A stretch of DNA of 64,000 bases from an uncultured Chloroflexia bacterium (GTDB lineage Bacteria > Chloroflexota > UBA6077 > JACCZL01): contig CAVXYC010000027.1 in NCBI GenBank assembly GCA_963765765.1, positions 1 to 64,000 on the forward strand. The letters are read 5' to 3'. The notes beneath the pieces are model-generated. The model had not been told where the DNA came from, did no database searches, and saw only the letters and a program-made list of their open reading frames with translations. Numbering within the stretch: the stretch's first letter is position 1; every line of letters begins with the position of its first letter. Positions 21,221 to 31,656 of the stretch are shown one piece after another. The translations under genes were made by a program, and so were the position numbers.

Positions 21221-22636
21221 ATGCCTGAGCTCGAGCTTGAGCTCCAGTTCAATACATCGACAGAGATGCAGCAGGGCCAGCGGGTCTCAGCACGCCTCGT
21301 CGCAGCAAACTCCATCCTGGCACTCTCGTCGCTAGACCTCCAGCGGAAGATCGAAGAAGAGGTTGCGGACAATCCTGCCCTTGAACGGGTGGAGGTGGCC
21401 GTCTGTTCCATTTGCGGATCTGAGCTCCATGGCAGCATTTGCCCGGTGTGCATCCAGCGGCAAAAGGGTGCGGACTTCAATGCGGATCGCGAAGAGTGGT
21501 TTGACCGCGAATATATCTCAGGCGGCCTTTACACCAGCGAAGACGACACTGATCCGATGCTTCGTGTTGCAACGGAGCAGACGTTAGGCGAGCGTCTGTT
21601 AAACGAGCTTGCCGCCCTGGTTGCGCCCGCCGACCTGGAGATCGCTGAAGCCCTCGTCGGCAGTCTGGATGATCGAGGCTATCTCACCTGGTCCATTCGT
21701 GATGTATCAGACGAGCTCGGTGTTACCGAGGAGCGCGTTCGCGGCATTTTGGACGTGCTTCAGTCGCTGGAGCCAATCGGCGTCGGAGCGCGCAATTTGC
21801 GCGAGTGTCTGCTCATTCAGCTCCGCTTCCTGGCAGAACGTGGCGTAAGCGTTCCACACGCGGAAGATGTCGTCAGTGACTTTCTTCCTGAGCTGGGACT
21901 ACGCAAGTTCCCGGTGATTGCGCACGCACTGGGTATCAAGGTTCCGCAGGTAAATGCCGTAGCGGAATTCGTGAAGGCCAAACTCAACCCGAATCCTGCG
22001 CACGGCTTCTCGTCTACGAATTCGCGCGACGCCGAGACCCGTGCGATGTACATCACTCCCGACGTGATCATTCACAAGATTGAGGACGACTTCGTCGTCG
22101 AGATCGTGGAATCTCGCCGCCAGGTATTACGGCTCAATCCGATGTACCGAGAGCTGAGCAGCCGGTCTATTCCCCAGGATCTCTCCAGCCGCGATCAGGA
22201 CCATGTCAAACAATGCGTGCAGAGAGCGCGGCTCTTCATGACGTACGTGGGACAGCGGCGACAGACATTGCACAAGGTGACCTGCGCAATCGTTGAGGCG
22301 CAGCGAGAGTTCCTTAACAGCGGCATCCGCGCACTGCGCCCATTGAACCGTAGCGAGATCGCGCAGTCTATTGGCGTCCACGAGTCCACCGTGAGCCGGG
22401 CTACGGCGGCCAAGCATGTGATGCTGCCCGACGGCTCGATCATTCCCTATAGCCATTTCTTCAAGGCATCGCTCAGCGTGAAAGATGTTATGCGAGAGAT
22501 CATCGATCAATCACCAAAACGACTGACGGACTCGGAGATCGTCACGGAGCTGGGGAAGAGAGACATCCACATCGCCCGACGCACCGTATCGAAATACCGC
22601 GCTCAGCTCGACATACTTTCGTCAAGGCTGCGCTAG
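21221..22636 (+). CDS. rpoN: RNA polymerase sigma-54 factor
   Basis: Region I ..DNPALE, LDDRGYL, GVGARNLRECLLIQL, HTH HESTVSRA, RpoN box ARRTVSKYR. GGAGG RBS. Confidence 0.97.
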   Translation: MPELELELQFNTSTEMQQGQRVSARLVAANSILALSSLDLQRKIEEEVADNPALERVEVAVCSICGSELHGSICPVCIQRQKGADFNADREEWFDREYISGGLYTSEDDTDPMLRVATEQTLGERLLNELAALVAPADLEIAEALVGSLDDRGYLTWSIRDVSDELGVTEERVRGILDVLQSLEPIGVGARNLRECLLIQLRFLAERGVSVPHAEDVVSDFLPELGLRKFPVIAHALGIKVPQVNAVAEFVKAKLNPNPAHGFSSTNSRDAETRAMYITPDVIIHKIEDDFVVEIVESRRQVLRLNPMYRELSSRSIPQDLSSRDQDHVKQCVQRARLFMTYVGQRRQTLHKVTCAIVEAQREFLNSGIRALRPLNRSEIAQSIGVHESTVSRATAAKHVMLPDGSIIPYSHFFKASLSVKDVMREIIDQSPKRLTDSEIVTELGKRDIHIARRTVSKYRAQLDILSSRLR

Positions 22637-22823
22637 ATAACTTATAGGGCTCTCAACCGGAGCTATCGCTACCGGAGCCGTGCGGTTAACCAACTTCAAG
22701 AGTGCTCTGTGACGCAGCGACACCGTATCCGTCCGGCTTGACGCGCTGTACGGTCTGAGAATTCCGCACAGCGCGGCACGAGACAGCCGCGCTCCGGGAC
22801 ATCTCGATGGCTTGCGTCGGACG

Positions 22824-23099
22824 TTAAACCACCGCCGGTCTCGGTGTCTCGTAAAGCTCAGCGTTCATTTCACCCAACGAGTCGGCGGCATCTGCCGACA
22901 CGGTCAGCACGATGACATCGTCGACGACCGTATCCACGATGTCCAGCGGTAGGGTGATCGCGGGTAGCGGTCGTCGCACGACCACCATCGTATTGGCGTC
23001 GATGCTCATGACTTCCCCGACGAGCGTCGTATCCGCACCGAGCACGATCATCCCTGGCTCGATTGGACGCCCATCAAGCGACCCTACTGCGTAAGCCAT
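22824..23099 (-). CDS. DUF2171/PRC-barrel-like small protein
   Basis: IEPGMIVLGADTTLVGEV..LPLDIVDTVVDDVIVLTV. GGAGGA RBS. Confidence 0.7.
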   Translation of the reverse strand: MAYAVGSLDGRPIEPGMIVLGADTTLVGEVMSIDANTMVVVRRPLPAITLPLDIVDTVVDDVIVLTVSADAADSLGEMNAELYETPRPAVV

Positions 23100-23123
23100 T
23101 GCATCCTCCCTGATTCCACGGGG

Positions 23124-23138
23124 CGGCACATCTTCTGC
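23124..23138 (+). promoter_or_regulatory. Possible sigma54 promoter for the isochorismatase-family gene
   Basis: CGGCAC-ATCTT-CTGC (GG-N10-GC), 13 bp before ATG 23152. Confidence 0.5.
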
Positions 23139-23151
23139 GCTGGGGCGGGCG

Positions 23152-23724
23152 ATGACTAGCCCCACCAGCCCTAAAGACCATGTGCCCGATTCCTCTCGCA
23201 CTGTTTTGCTTCTTGTCGACGTTATCAATGACTTCGAATTTCCAGGCGGCGAAGATCTTTTTCGGTACGCCCTTCCCGCTGCCCGCCGCATCAAGAGCAT
23301 GAAACAGGCCATAAGCGCCCGAGGTATCCCCACGATTTACGCGAACGACAATTTTGGTCGCTGGAAATCTAACTTCAACGATGTACTGGAGCATTGCCTG
23401 AGCAGCGACGTGCGGGGACGCCGAGTGGCAGAGCTGATACGCCCTGAGCCTGAAGATTACTTCGTGCTCAAGCCCAAGTATTCGGCGTTTTTTGATAGCA
23501 CGCTGGATACGCTCTTGCGCTATCTCGGCGCGCGCAAACTCATCCTGGCTGGCTTCGCAGCAGACATGTGCGTACTCTTTAGCGCCAACGATGCATACAT
23601 GCGGGACTACTCACTGCAGGTACCGGGGAATTGCATCGCATCGGAAACGCCTGCGCGAAATCGGATGGCGATTAGTTACCTACGCGATGTGGTCAAAGCT
23701 GATGTCACACCTTGGAAACCCTGA
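23152..23724 (+). CDS. Isochorismatase-family cysteine hydrolase
   Basis: LLLVDVINDF, KPKYSAFF, GFAADMCV, ANDAYMRDY (Asp/Lys/Cys triad). Confidence 0.9.
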   Translation: MTSPTSPKDHVPDSSRTVLLLVDVINDFEFPGGEDLFRYALPAARRIKSMKQAISARGIPTIYANDNFGRWKSNFNDVLEHCLSSDVRGRRVAELIRPEPEDYFVLKPKYSAFFDSTLDTLLRYLGARKLILAGFAADMCVLFSANDAYMRDYSLQVPGNCIASETPARNRMAISYLRDVVKADVTPWKP

Positions 23725-23818
23725 TGGGAATCTCCAGTGTAGCCCCAGCGGAGCTCTCCAGACGGGCCGCTAATCGGCTCGACGCGGCCCCACGTGGGAC
23801 CATGTCACAAATCTACAT

Positions 23819-23833
23819 GGGCACGCATCCTGC
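23819..23833 (+). promoter_or_regulatory. Possible sigma54 promoter
   Basis: GGGCACG-CATC-CTGC (GG-N10-GC), upstream of the small ORF at 24016. Confidence 0.45.
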
Positions 23834-24015
23834 TTTAGGGCATCGTGCGCGGCGCACAAACGCTCCGCGGATCTCAATGGATCGGAGCGCATAACCATGT
23901 TTTTGATCCTTCTGTGGTTGATGGGTCTTCCGCTTGGTTTGATTGTGATCTTGTGGATTTTGGGCGTCGGCCACTAATCATCGACGGCGCGATCGGTATT
24001 CGAAAGGGGGCGGGG

Positions 24016-24174
24016 ATGAACGAATCGACAGAGCAGTCCAGAACACAAACGGTTGTCATTGACAAGGTTCGAGAAGCGGATCCGGCAAAGCTTCGCTTCC
24101 TGCGATGGTTGGCCGAGCAGGGCCGCCTCGAGCACGAAGTCTTCGGCCCGCCCTCTGGAGAGTATGCGCCTTAA
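24016..24174 (+). CDS. Small hypothetical protein (52 aa)
   Basis: Purine-rich RBS, motif KLRFLRWLAEQGRLEH, followed by a terminator. Confidence 0.6.
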   Translation: MNESTEQSRTQTVVIDKVREADPAKLRFLRWLAEQGRLEHEVFGPPSGEYAP

Positions 24175-24203
24175 GCGTAGGGGTGAGGGAAGCGAGCTTA
24201 GAG

Positions 24204-24235
24204 AAGCGAGCGGGCATGATCCGCTCGCTTTTTTT
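24204..24235 (+). terminator. Intrinsic terminator
   Basis: AAGCGAGCGG / CCGCTCGCTT stem plus T-tract. Confidence 0.85.
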
Positions 24236-24252
24236 ATTGCGCAGAGGCTCTA

Positions 24253-25074
24253 TTATGAGACGCGCGTGGAGCTCGCCGCCTCGTAGTATCGGTGGTGCAT
24301 CTCAAAAGCCTGTGCGCTCGCGGCCAGAAACTGGACTGGGTCGCCGATCTCGGAAGTCTCCACCTCGAGCTGCTCGGCAAGTTCACGGGCAAGGCTTGTG
24401 GCAAGATCTTGCGCATGAGAGCCGCTCATACGCCTCGAGCGGGTGAAAAACTCGCGGATCAAAGTGTAGTGCTCCATCGATAACTTGCCCGCGAGCGGCG
24501 CAATTTTTGTCGCACGGTCTGAGTTGTCGGGCAGCGCAACGCCGTCGATCAGAGAGCGCCCACCCGCCCTCGCTTCGCGGATTACCAGCGTGCCCGCCGC
24601 GAAGTCTCCGAGTCGACGGCTCTGTTTATCGATGGTCATCACGACCAGTCCGAGAAACAAGAACATGTCCACCGCACGAACAATGTTTCGTACCAGTGAG
24701 GCAACCACTGATATTGGCTGGCCATCACGTCGAACGACCCGAAGGCCAAAGAGCCGCTTGCCCGGAGTCTGCCCGTTCCAGATGATCTCGAAGAGCACGA
24801 AATAGCCCCACCAGGCGAAGAATACCAATAGAACCAGGATCGCCAGCGCGGCCGGATCACCGAGATCCCTTACCCAGGGGGGCAGGTCCAACCAACGAAG
24901 CATGCCGCGCAGCGCCGAGCGATTCATGGAGAATGCGATCACGGCCGCCACGATACCGCCGTAGAGCACGGCGTAATCAACGATCGCCGCGATCGTGCGG
25001 GAGCCCACTCCCGCCACGTCGAAGGTGAGCTCAACGTTCTCAGGGAGGACGAGCCTATAATCTTCGCTACTCAA
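24253..25074 (-). CDS. RDD family membrane protein
   Basis: PENVELTFDVAGVGSR, NGQTPGKRLFGLRVV, RRLGDFAAGTLVI. TTG start at 25074 inferred. Confidence 0.9.
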   Translation of the reverse strand: MSSEDYRLVLPENVELTFDVAGVGSRTIAAIVDYAVLYGGIVAAVIAFSMNRSALRGMLRWLDLPPWVRDLGDPAALAILVLLVFFAWWGYFVLFEIIWNGQTPGKRLFGLRVVRRDGQPISVVASLVRNIVRAVDMFLFLGLVVMTIDKQSRRLGDFAAGTLVIREARAGGRSLIDGVALPDNSDRATKIAPLAGKLSMEHYTLIREFFTRSRRMSGSHAQDLATSLARELAEQLEVETSEIGDPVQFLAASAQAFEMHHRYYEAASSTRVS

Positions 25075-25100
25075 GTTCCCCTCGCGTTGCACACCTTCCA

Positions 25101-26081
25101 ATGATCGAACGATTCGTTGCCAATAGACGAGCCCGCTGGGATCGACTCAATACGCTGCTGGACCGGTCCCGGTCGGCTCGCTCGAGACTCAGTGTGGACG
25201 AGCTGGATGAGATGGCCCGTCTCTATCGGCACACCACGTCTGATCTTGCCATTGCCCGCCGCGATTTCCCATTAGACGGTACCACGCGTTACGTCAATGA
25301 GCTTGTGGCCCGGGCATATGGACAAATCTACCGCGATCCCCCCTCCCCGCGCGCGGCCATCGCGCGATTCTTTCGGTACGAGCTGCCGCGAGAGTATCGA
25401 TCGGCCTGGCGATTTCTGCTGTCCGCGGCCGCGCTGTTTCTCATCCCACTATTCGTTTCGCTGACGGTGATACTGCTGAATCCTGAGTCTGCCGAGGTCC
25501 TGGTGTCGGCACGCACACTGACACTGATCAAGTCTGGCCGGCACTGGTTTGACGTTCCTGACGAACAGCGCTCACTGATGTCAACCTTCATCATGACGAA
25601 CAATATTCAGGTTTCGTTCCTGGCCCTGGCCGGCGGCATGACTGCCGGCATTCTGACCTTCTGGGTACTGCTGACCAACGGGGTGAACATCGGTGCAATC
25701 AGTGGAGCGCTGACTGCGTACGGGCTTGGTGAATCACTGGTCTGGTGGATATCCGGGCACGGTTTTCTCGAGCTGAGCGTCATCATCATCAGCGGAGCCT
25801 GTGGACTGATGCTGGGCAAGGCCATCCTCTGGCCCGGACTGCAGTCTCGTCGTGACGCACTTTCCGCGGCCGGGATACGCTCCATGCGCCTGTTGCTGGG
25901 CTCGCTGCCATTCATGGTGGTCGCAGGCATCATCGAAGGGTTTTTCTCGCCGCTGAGTCTGCACTGGTCATGGAAGCTGGTGATGGGTGTGTTTACGGGC
26001 GTGGTGATGTACTCGTACCTCTTGCTCGTCGGGCGAGAGCCGAAGACCGGCGCACCTACCAAGTTGACGCTCCAACGCTAG
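25101..26081 (+). CDS. SpoIIM/DUF95 family membrane protein
   Basis: LYRHTTSDLA, IMTNNIQVSF, HGFLELS, AGIIEGFFSP. Confidence 0.9.
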   Translation: MIERFVANRRARWDRLNTLLDRSRSARSRLSVDELDEMARLYRHTTSDLAIARRDFPLDGTTRYVNELVARAYGQIYRDPPSPRAAIARFFRYELPREYRSAWRFLLSAAALFLIPLFVSLTVILLNPESAEVLVSARTLTLIKSGRHWFDVPDEQRSLMSTFIMTNNIQVSFLALAGGMTAGILTFWVLLTNGVNIGAISGALTAYGLGESLVWWISGHGFLELSVIIISGACGLMLGKAILWPGLQSRRDALSAAGIRSMRLLLGSLPFMVVAGIIEGFFSPLSLHWSWKLVMGVFTGVVMYSYLLLVGREPKTGAPTKLTLQR

Positions 26082-26201
26082 AGCGTGCTATCTGTCGGCA
26101 CCAACATCAGCACAAACGTAGAGGCGTCCCTTTACATCTCCACGCTGAGCCAGCCATCCCATGGCTGGAGACAGCCAGTCGCAATCGCACGGCAGCCACG
26201 G

Positions 26202-27525
26202 CTACAGCAGCGCTCGCTCTTTTAGCTCCAAGTAGCGATTTATCGTCGTCGGCGTCAGCCGGTCGGCCACGGCATCTACCGTAAGAACCCCACTGTGAGT
26301 GAGCTGATCCAGCACCAGCCCGCGCTCCTCCAGCAAACGTCCTGCCACCACCTTGCGGTACAGCTCTCGACCGGACTCAGGCATGGCTTGAAACGCGGAA
26401 TCGATGGCGGGATCGCGGAGTGTGGCGCACAGCGGCAAGTGATATCGGGCGAGGCCGATCATGTAGCCGGCGATGCTCCGCGCCACGTCTGGATCATTCA
26501 GGTCAGTGAACAACACAACGAGCGCTCGACCATGCAGCACCGACCGCAGACGCGTAAACGCCGCGCGGTAGTCTGACTCGATAGGCTGCGGACGGACATC
26601 GAAAAGCTGCTCGGTAATGCGGTGAAACTGAGCCCGACCAGAGCGCGGCGGAGCAAATCCCTGGACGGTCTCGGAAAAGCTGAGGAGCCCCACTCGATCC
26701 CCCCGCTTGAGTGCCACGTGGCACAGAAGTAACGCCGAATTCACTGCTGTGTCGAGTCGCGTGAGATCACCGATGCGCGTCATCATCATCCGTCCCGCGT
26801 CGAGCATGATGATCAGCCGCTGGCTGCGCTCGGTCTCATATTGCGTCGTCACCGGTCGCCTGCGTCGGGCCGTGGCCTTCCAATTGATCCGACGATAATC
26901 GTCGTCTGGCTGGTATTCGCGAAGGCTCTCGAACTCGGTTCCGCGACCGACGTAACGAGCGTTGCGCAAGCCCATCTCCTGCAGCAGCCCCCGCCGAGCA
27001 AGCAGGTCGTATTTCTGGACTTCCAAGAGATTCGGGTAAACCGGGATCTCCTCCGTGAGAAAAACGGTGCGTTGGCGCCAGAGAAGGCCGTACGGCCCAA
27101 GCCAACGAATTACCGCAACGCCAAATTGGTAGCGCCCGCGAGCGACAGGCCGCGTCACGTACGAGAGCTCGACTCGGCCGGCTGCTGGCGCGTGCCCCTC
27201 GAGAAGGACCGCGCTCGAACGGAATGAGACCGGCGGAGTATCGCGCAGCCAGATCCTGGCTTCCCGCGCGCGAGCGATTGGTTACTTCCAGGCGGATCAG
27301 ATTGTCGGCATCCAGATAGAGGCGCGGATCGTGATGCCGCTCGAGCTCCAGATCGTGTGACGGTACCGCGGCGCGCCAATCAAGCAGCACAAACACCAGG
27401 ACGGCAAGAATCCAGGCTGGCGCAAGGCCCAGCATCCAGGGCAGCCAGCTCCCGAGCAGCAGGGGAATACCGGCGGCCATCACCAGGACGAAGAGTCGAA
27501 TGGTGGGCGCAGGTAAGTCGCGCAG
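26202..27525 (-). CDS. DUF58 (vWA-like) protein, frameshifted near 27270; start approximate
   Basis: GTEFESLREYQPDDDYRRINWKATAR, MLDAGRMM, GDRVGL, LFTDL. Confidence 0.88.
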
Positions 27526-27536
27526 TTTCGATCCGA

Positions 27537-28484
27537 TTAGCGCGGAACCTCGACGCTGTCCAGGATCCTCGCCACGGCCTCATCCGGAGTTACGCCCTGG
27601 ATTTCTGCCTCAGCCTTGAGCTGAATGCGATGCCGATAGGCCGCGGGAACGAGCGCCTTGACGTCATCCGGGATGACGAAATCGCGCCCGAGCATCAATG
27701 CTCTCACGCGCGCTCCGCGGATAACGGCGATAGAAGCCCTGGGGCTTCCCCCGAGGTGCAGATCGGGCGACTGCCGCGAGGCGCGTGCAATCGCCGTGGC
27801 GTAACTTATCACCGAGTCATCCACTCGCACTTGTTCCGCTGACTTTCGGCCGCTGATGACGCCCTCCGGTGCCAACACTGGCGTGAGCTCCGAGGAGACC
27901 TCGTCCGGCGAGCTGCCACTCCGGTGTCGCTTTAAGACTTCTTCCTCGTCCTCCGCCGTTCGGTAGTCCACGAGAACCTTGAACTGGAACCTGTCCAGCT
28001 GTGCCTCGGGTAGTGGATAGGTCCCTTCGTACTCCAGTGGATTTTGCGTAGCGGCCACCATGAACGGCTCGGGCAATGGATGGCTCACACCGTCAATGGT
28101 GACTTGACGCTCCTCCATGGCTTCCAGGAGGGCTGATTGCGTCTTGGGTGGTGCCCGATTGATCTCGTCGGTGAGAACGATGTTGGCGAAAATCGGTCCA
28201 GTTCGCACGTGAAACTCATTGGTGGCCAGATCGAATACGCTTGTCCCAACGATGTCGGACGGCATGAGATCAGGCGTAAACTGCAGCCGTTTGAACTCGC
28301 CCTGAATGAGGCGAGCCAGCGTCTTCACCATGAGCGTCTTGCCCGTGCCTGGCACACCTTCCACCAGCACGTGGCCGCCGGAAAACAATGCAATGGTGGC
28401 GAGCTGCATCGCTTCGTCCAACCCGACAACCACGCGTCCCGCTTCCGTGCGCAATGTCTCCCAGTAAGTCGTTACATCGATCAA
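27537..28484 (-). CDS. moxR: MoxR-family AAA+ ATPase
   Basis: [49 protein letters not shown]. Confidence 0.95.
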   Translation of the reverse strand: MIDVTTYWETLRTEAGRVVVGLDEAMQLATIALFSGGHVLVEGVPGTGKTLMVKTLARLIQGEFKRLQFTPDLMPSDIVGTSVFDLATNEFHVRTGPIFANIVLTDEINRAPPKTQSALLEAMEERQVTIDGVSHPLPEPFMVAATQNPLEYEGTYPLPEAQLDRFQFKVLVDYRTAEDEEEVLKRHRSGSSPDEVSSELTPVLAPEGVISGRKSAEQVRVDDSVISYATAIARASRQSPDLHLGGSPRASIAVIRGARVRALMLGRDFVIPDDVKALVPAAYRHRIQLKAEAEIQGVTPDEAVARILDSVEVPR

Positions 28485-29665
28485 CGAGGTCCCTCCACTC
28501 CACGCAGGGCGCGCAGATCACGTTCAATATCGCGCGCTCGATCTAGCAGCGCCCGCTCACTCATCGTGCTGCCCTCGAGATCGCCAATCCGGCCTGCCAG
28601 GTCCGTGGACACATCCTTCCGACGCCCTTCTAGCACGCCCGCAAGGTCTCTCACCGGGATGTCGGCCCGCACGCCGAGCAAGCGGCTGATTTCCATGCGG
28701 GAAAGGCGGGCTAATTCTCGCTGGGCCCATCCGACGGAGCGGGCCCGCTGGATCAACCCAGCGAGAGCCGACACATAGTCACCCGTGCTTCGGCCCATCG
28801 AGGCTTCCGGAACAATCGCCGGGCCAAATCGACGGCCACCCCAGATGAGGAAGAGAAGTGTTGCCGCGGCGGCGTAGAGCGCAGCCCAGCCCCACGGAGT
28901 GGAACGCACCGAGGTCATCAGGTCGAGGTCGCGCACCAAACCGTGATGATATTCATCGAATGCGACTCGCCGGGCGTTGGAGTGACGTGCCAGCAAGCTC
29001 AGGAGCACGTCGGCATTTCCACCCCTGGGAAGGCTCTCATTGTTGAAGAGCGCCGGAGTGGTGAACGCATAGACTCGGCCCTTGCCCATCTCACGAGTGG
29101 CGGCCAGATTACGTTGCCCGTTCACCAGCAGCGGCATCCAGGTCTCTCCCTCGAGCTCGAGGTCGAACGTGGCCGCCGCATCCACCTCGGTGATCTCCGG
29201 GCGACTCAGAGGCGGTAGGCCCACCGTGGCTCTGTCTACCGTGGCGACACGTCGAACATTGAGATCAAGACGGTCACTCAAGCCATCACTCGGCGAGGGC
29301 GACGACGTGGTCACCGGGAGCACATTCGGATGGTAGATCAGCGTCCCGCCCTCATTGATCCAACGAACGATGTCTTCACTCTCGCTGGGACGAATGCGTC
29401 GTGTCGGTCGGAGCACAAATAAGATGTCAACGTCACTTTCCGGAACGGCTTCTGTCCATTCCAAGCGATGGACGTCGTAGCCCAGCTTCTCGAGCCACAT
29501 CGCCAGGGCAAGAGAGCCTTGAGGACGGTCATCACGACTAGATAAAGATGGCCCAGATCGCCGCTCAGACTCGCGCTCCTGGAGGGCAAATCCAGCCAGT
29601 GCGCCCACCAGAAGGAGAAGCGCCAGTGGGGTGAAGACGCGATAGCGTCGGAATGCAGCGATCAC
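28481..29665 (-). CDS. DUF4350 domain membrane protein
   Basis: N-terminal [20 protein letters not shown] overlap with the upstream gene; MoxR-cluster context. Confidence 0.8.
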   Translation of the reverse strand: MIAAFRRYRVFTPLALLLLVGALAGFALQERESERRSGPSLSSRDDRPQGSLALAMWLEKLGYDVHRLEWTEAVPESDVDILFVLRPTRRIRPSESEDIVRWINEGGTLIYHPNVLPVTTSSPSPSDGLSDRLDLNVRRVATVDRATVGLPPLSRPEITEVDAAATFDLELEGETWMPLLVNGQRNLAATREMGKGRVYAFTTPALFNNESLPRGGNADVLLSLLARHSNARRVAFDEYHHGLVRDLDLMTSVRSTPWGWAALYAAAATLLFLIWGGRRFGPAIVPEASMGRSTGDYVSALAGLIQRARSVGWAQRELARLSRMEISRLLGVRADIPVRDLAGVLEGRRKDVSTDLAGRIGDLEGSTMSERALLDRARDIERDLRALRGVEGPR

Positions 29666-30609
29666 GTAACCGCCTGCCGCACTTTGAGCGCAAGCTCCTC
29701 GAGATCGCGGTAGTCTGCCGCTGATACTTCTGACTGGCCGTACCACAGACGATCGAATCGATTGATGAGTCCACGGAGATGCAGAGCGACTGGTGAGTGT
29801 CGATCGAGACGCTCGAGATGCTCCCAATTCGTCGCGGATCGCTCGAACCGCGTCTGGCCGTGCTCCTCGATCCACAGTAGCGCGGAGATGAACACGAAGT
29901 GACAGGCGTCTCGGAATCGTCCGTCGGACGCAAATCGCTGCGCGCGCTCAATGGCCTGAGCGCTGGTGGGCGGCAGCGGTGACGCGGCATGTTCTAGCAC
30001 CGATTCAGCGACCAGGGCCGAGCGAAGTCCACGCCGATAGAGCAGGATCAGCGACATGACTGCCGTGAGCGCGGCCAGGGAGATAAACGGCAAAAACGCA
30101 GGCCCATTCACGAACGCTCGAAAGACGTCGCCGAGTCGATCGAATGGCCAGCGGACGACATTGCCAATCCCTTTCGCCAGCCACTCGAGTAGAAGGATTA
30201 GCGGGAGCAGCCATTCCGGGACGCTGCTCTTGATATCCCTCGTCTGAAAGGGGGGGCCGGCCAGGATGTCATCGAGCGCCCGATGCTCGGCCGTCATGTC
30301 GATAGGTCCGGTTTGCGTCCCCCACAGATCGAGTGCACGCTTGAATCGTTCACGAGCGGTGCCGACGTCGGGCTGTGCAGACTCGAGAGGAGAAAGGAGC
30401 CATCGCTCGATTCCGATTGATGGCTCCTGGCGCACGTATGTGATTACCGCGGCAATGGTCGCGGGATCGGCAACAGCCGTTGACGAAGCCCGTTCCAGGT
30501 CGGAAAGTCCTCGCTCAAGGACCGTATGCGCCTCGGAGTGCGTGGCGCGAACGTCAGCTGCGCTCCACCCAACCGTCAGTAGGGCAAGCAGGAGTGCACA
30601 GCGCTTCAC
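29662..30609 (-). CDS. DUF4129 domain protein
   Basis: Signal peptide, TM segment, C-terminal TNWEHL..FDRLWYG. Confidence 0.8.
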   Translation of the reverse strand: MKRCALLLALLTVGWSAADVRATHSEAHTVLERGLSDLERASSTAVADPATIAAVITYVRQEPSIGIERWLLSPLESAQPDVGTARERFKRALDLWGTQTGPIDMTAEHRALDDILAGPPFQTRDIKSSVPEWLLPLILLLEWLAKGIGNVVRWPFDRLGDVFRAFVNGPAFLPFISLAALTAVMSLILLYRRGLRSALVAESVLEHAASPLPPTSAQAIERAQRFASDGRFRDACHFVFISALLWIEEHGQTRFERSATNWEHLERLDRHSPVALHLRGLINRFDRLWYGQSEVSAADYRDLEELALKVRQAVT

Positions 30610-31427
30610 TCGGTGTGAGTAACGAGCTGATGTGCACGCTGAGCCAGGTCGAAGCCTTCGTTACGTGCACGCAGCTCGTAATAGAGCACGGTATAGATAG
30701 CGATTGAGAATGGTGTGAACAGCAAGCTGGTGATTGATGTTGCCAGAATAGACAGGAAGACTCCGAATCCACTTCCTCCGAGACCTCCCGCTACAGCGCC
30801 ACCCAGCGCCAGAACGCCGCCCACGGCTCCCTGGAGGATGGACATCACAAGCCCCGTGGTGGCGAGGACCGCGGCAGTGTGCCACCACGCACGCGAGGTG
30901 AGTGCCCAGCTACGCTTCATCGATGCGATTGGGTCCTTGCGCTCCGAGACGAATGGGATAAAGAGCAACGACCAACGCACCGCGAGGTAGATGCCCAGAG
31001 GGAAGAGGATAAACAGGGGGATGGCAAGAATGGTGAGCCCCAGAATGAAAATCGCCCATAGAAATATGCGACTGATGCCGGCCCGATACAGCGGCCATGG
31101 TCGCAAGGGAACCGTCGAGACATCAGGCTCGATGAGCCGCGACATGATGATCTGGAGCGCAAATGCCGCCAGCGTCCCGCCGAACGCCGCCAGAACGCTA
31201 GCGGTTAACGATGCTACCGAGACAGTCGCGGTGATGGAGACGTCGCCGAAATCAGCCAGTGCCAGCGCGATCACGGCGCTCAATGCCTGACTGGGGATCA
31301 CGCCCCACGCGGCGATGGTGACCAGAAGACGAAAATTGTTGCGGGCTAATGAGAATCCGGCGTCGAGAACCTCGCCGATTCCCATTGGGCGGATGACTAT
31401 TCCGGTTGCAGGCGGTTCATCAGCCAT
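30606..31427 (-). CDS. Integral membrane protein (GDPD membrane-domain-like)
   Basis: RPMGIGEVLD, SMKRSWALT, LYYELRARNEGFDL. Confidence 0.8.
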   Translation of the reverse strand: MADEPPATGIVIRPMGIGEVLDAGFSLARNNFRLLVTIAAWGVIPSQALSAVIALALADFGDVSITATVSVASLTASVLAAFGGTLAAFALQIIMSRLIEPDVSTVPLRPWPLYRAGISRIFLWAIFILGLTILAIPLFILFPLGIYLAVRWSLLFIPFVSERKDPIASMKRSWALTSRAWWHTAAVLATTGLVMSILQGAVGGVLALGGAVAGGLGGSGFGVFLSILATSITSLLFTPFSIAIYTVLYYELRARNEGFDLAQRAHQLVTHTE

Positions 31428-31656
31428 GTCGCACCCTTGTAAAGGTCAGGCCGTGTGGGCTTAGCAATTGCACTCCAACTTCCTGGGGCGTTAACAACCG
31501 ACCATCAGTCTGTCCGCGACAGTGTGTTGAGTATGAATCATCGCCGGTAATTCGTCCCACGCGGCGCTTCTTACGTTCCCGCGGCGGTGGTGAAATTGGC
31601 TGCGCCATACGCCGTACACTGCCGGTTCAGAAACATCAGCAGAAATAGGAGATGTC

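Noticed and set aside
25101-26081. SpoIIM as evidence of sporulation
   Set aside because: The RDD/MoxR/DUF58 context marks the widespread non-sporulation DUF95 type.
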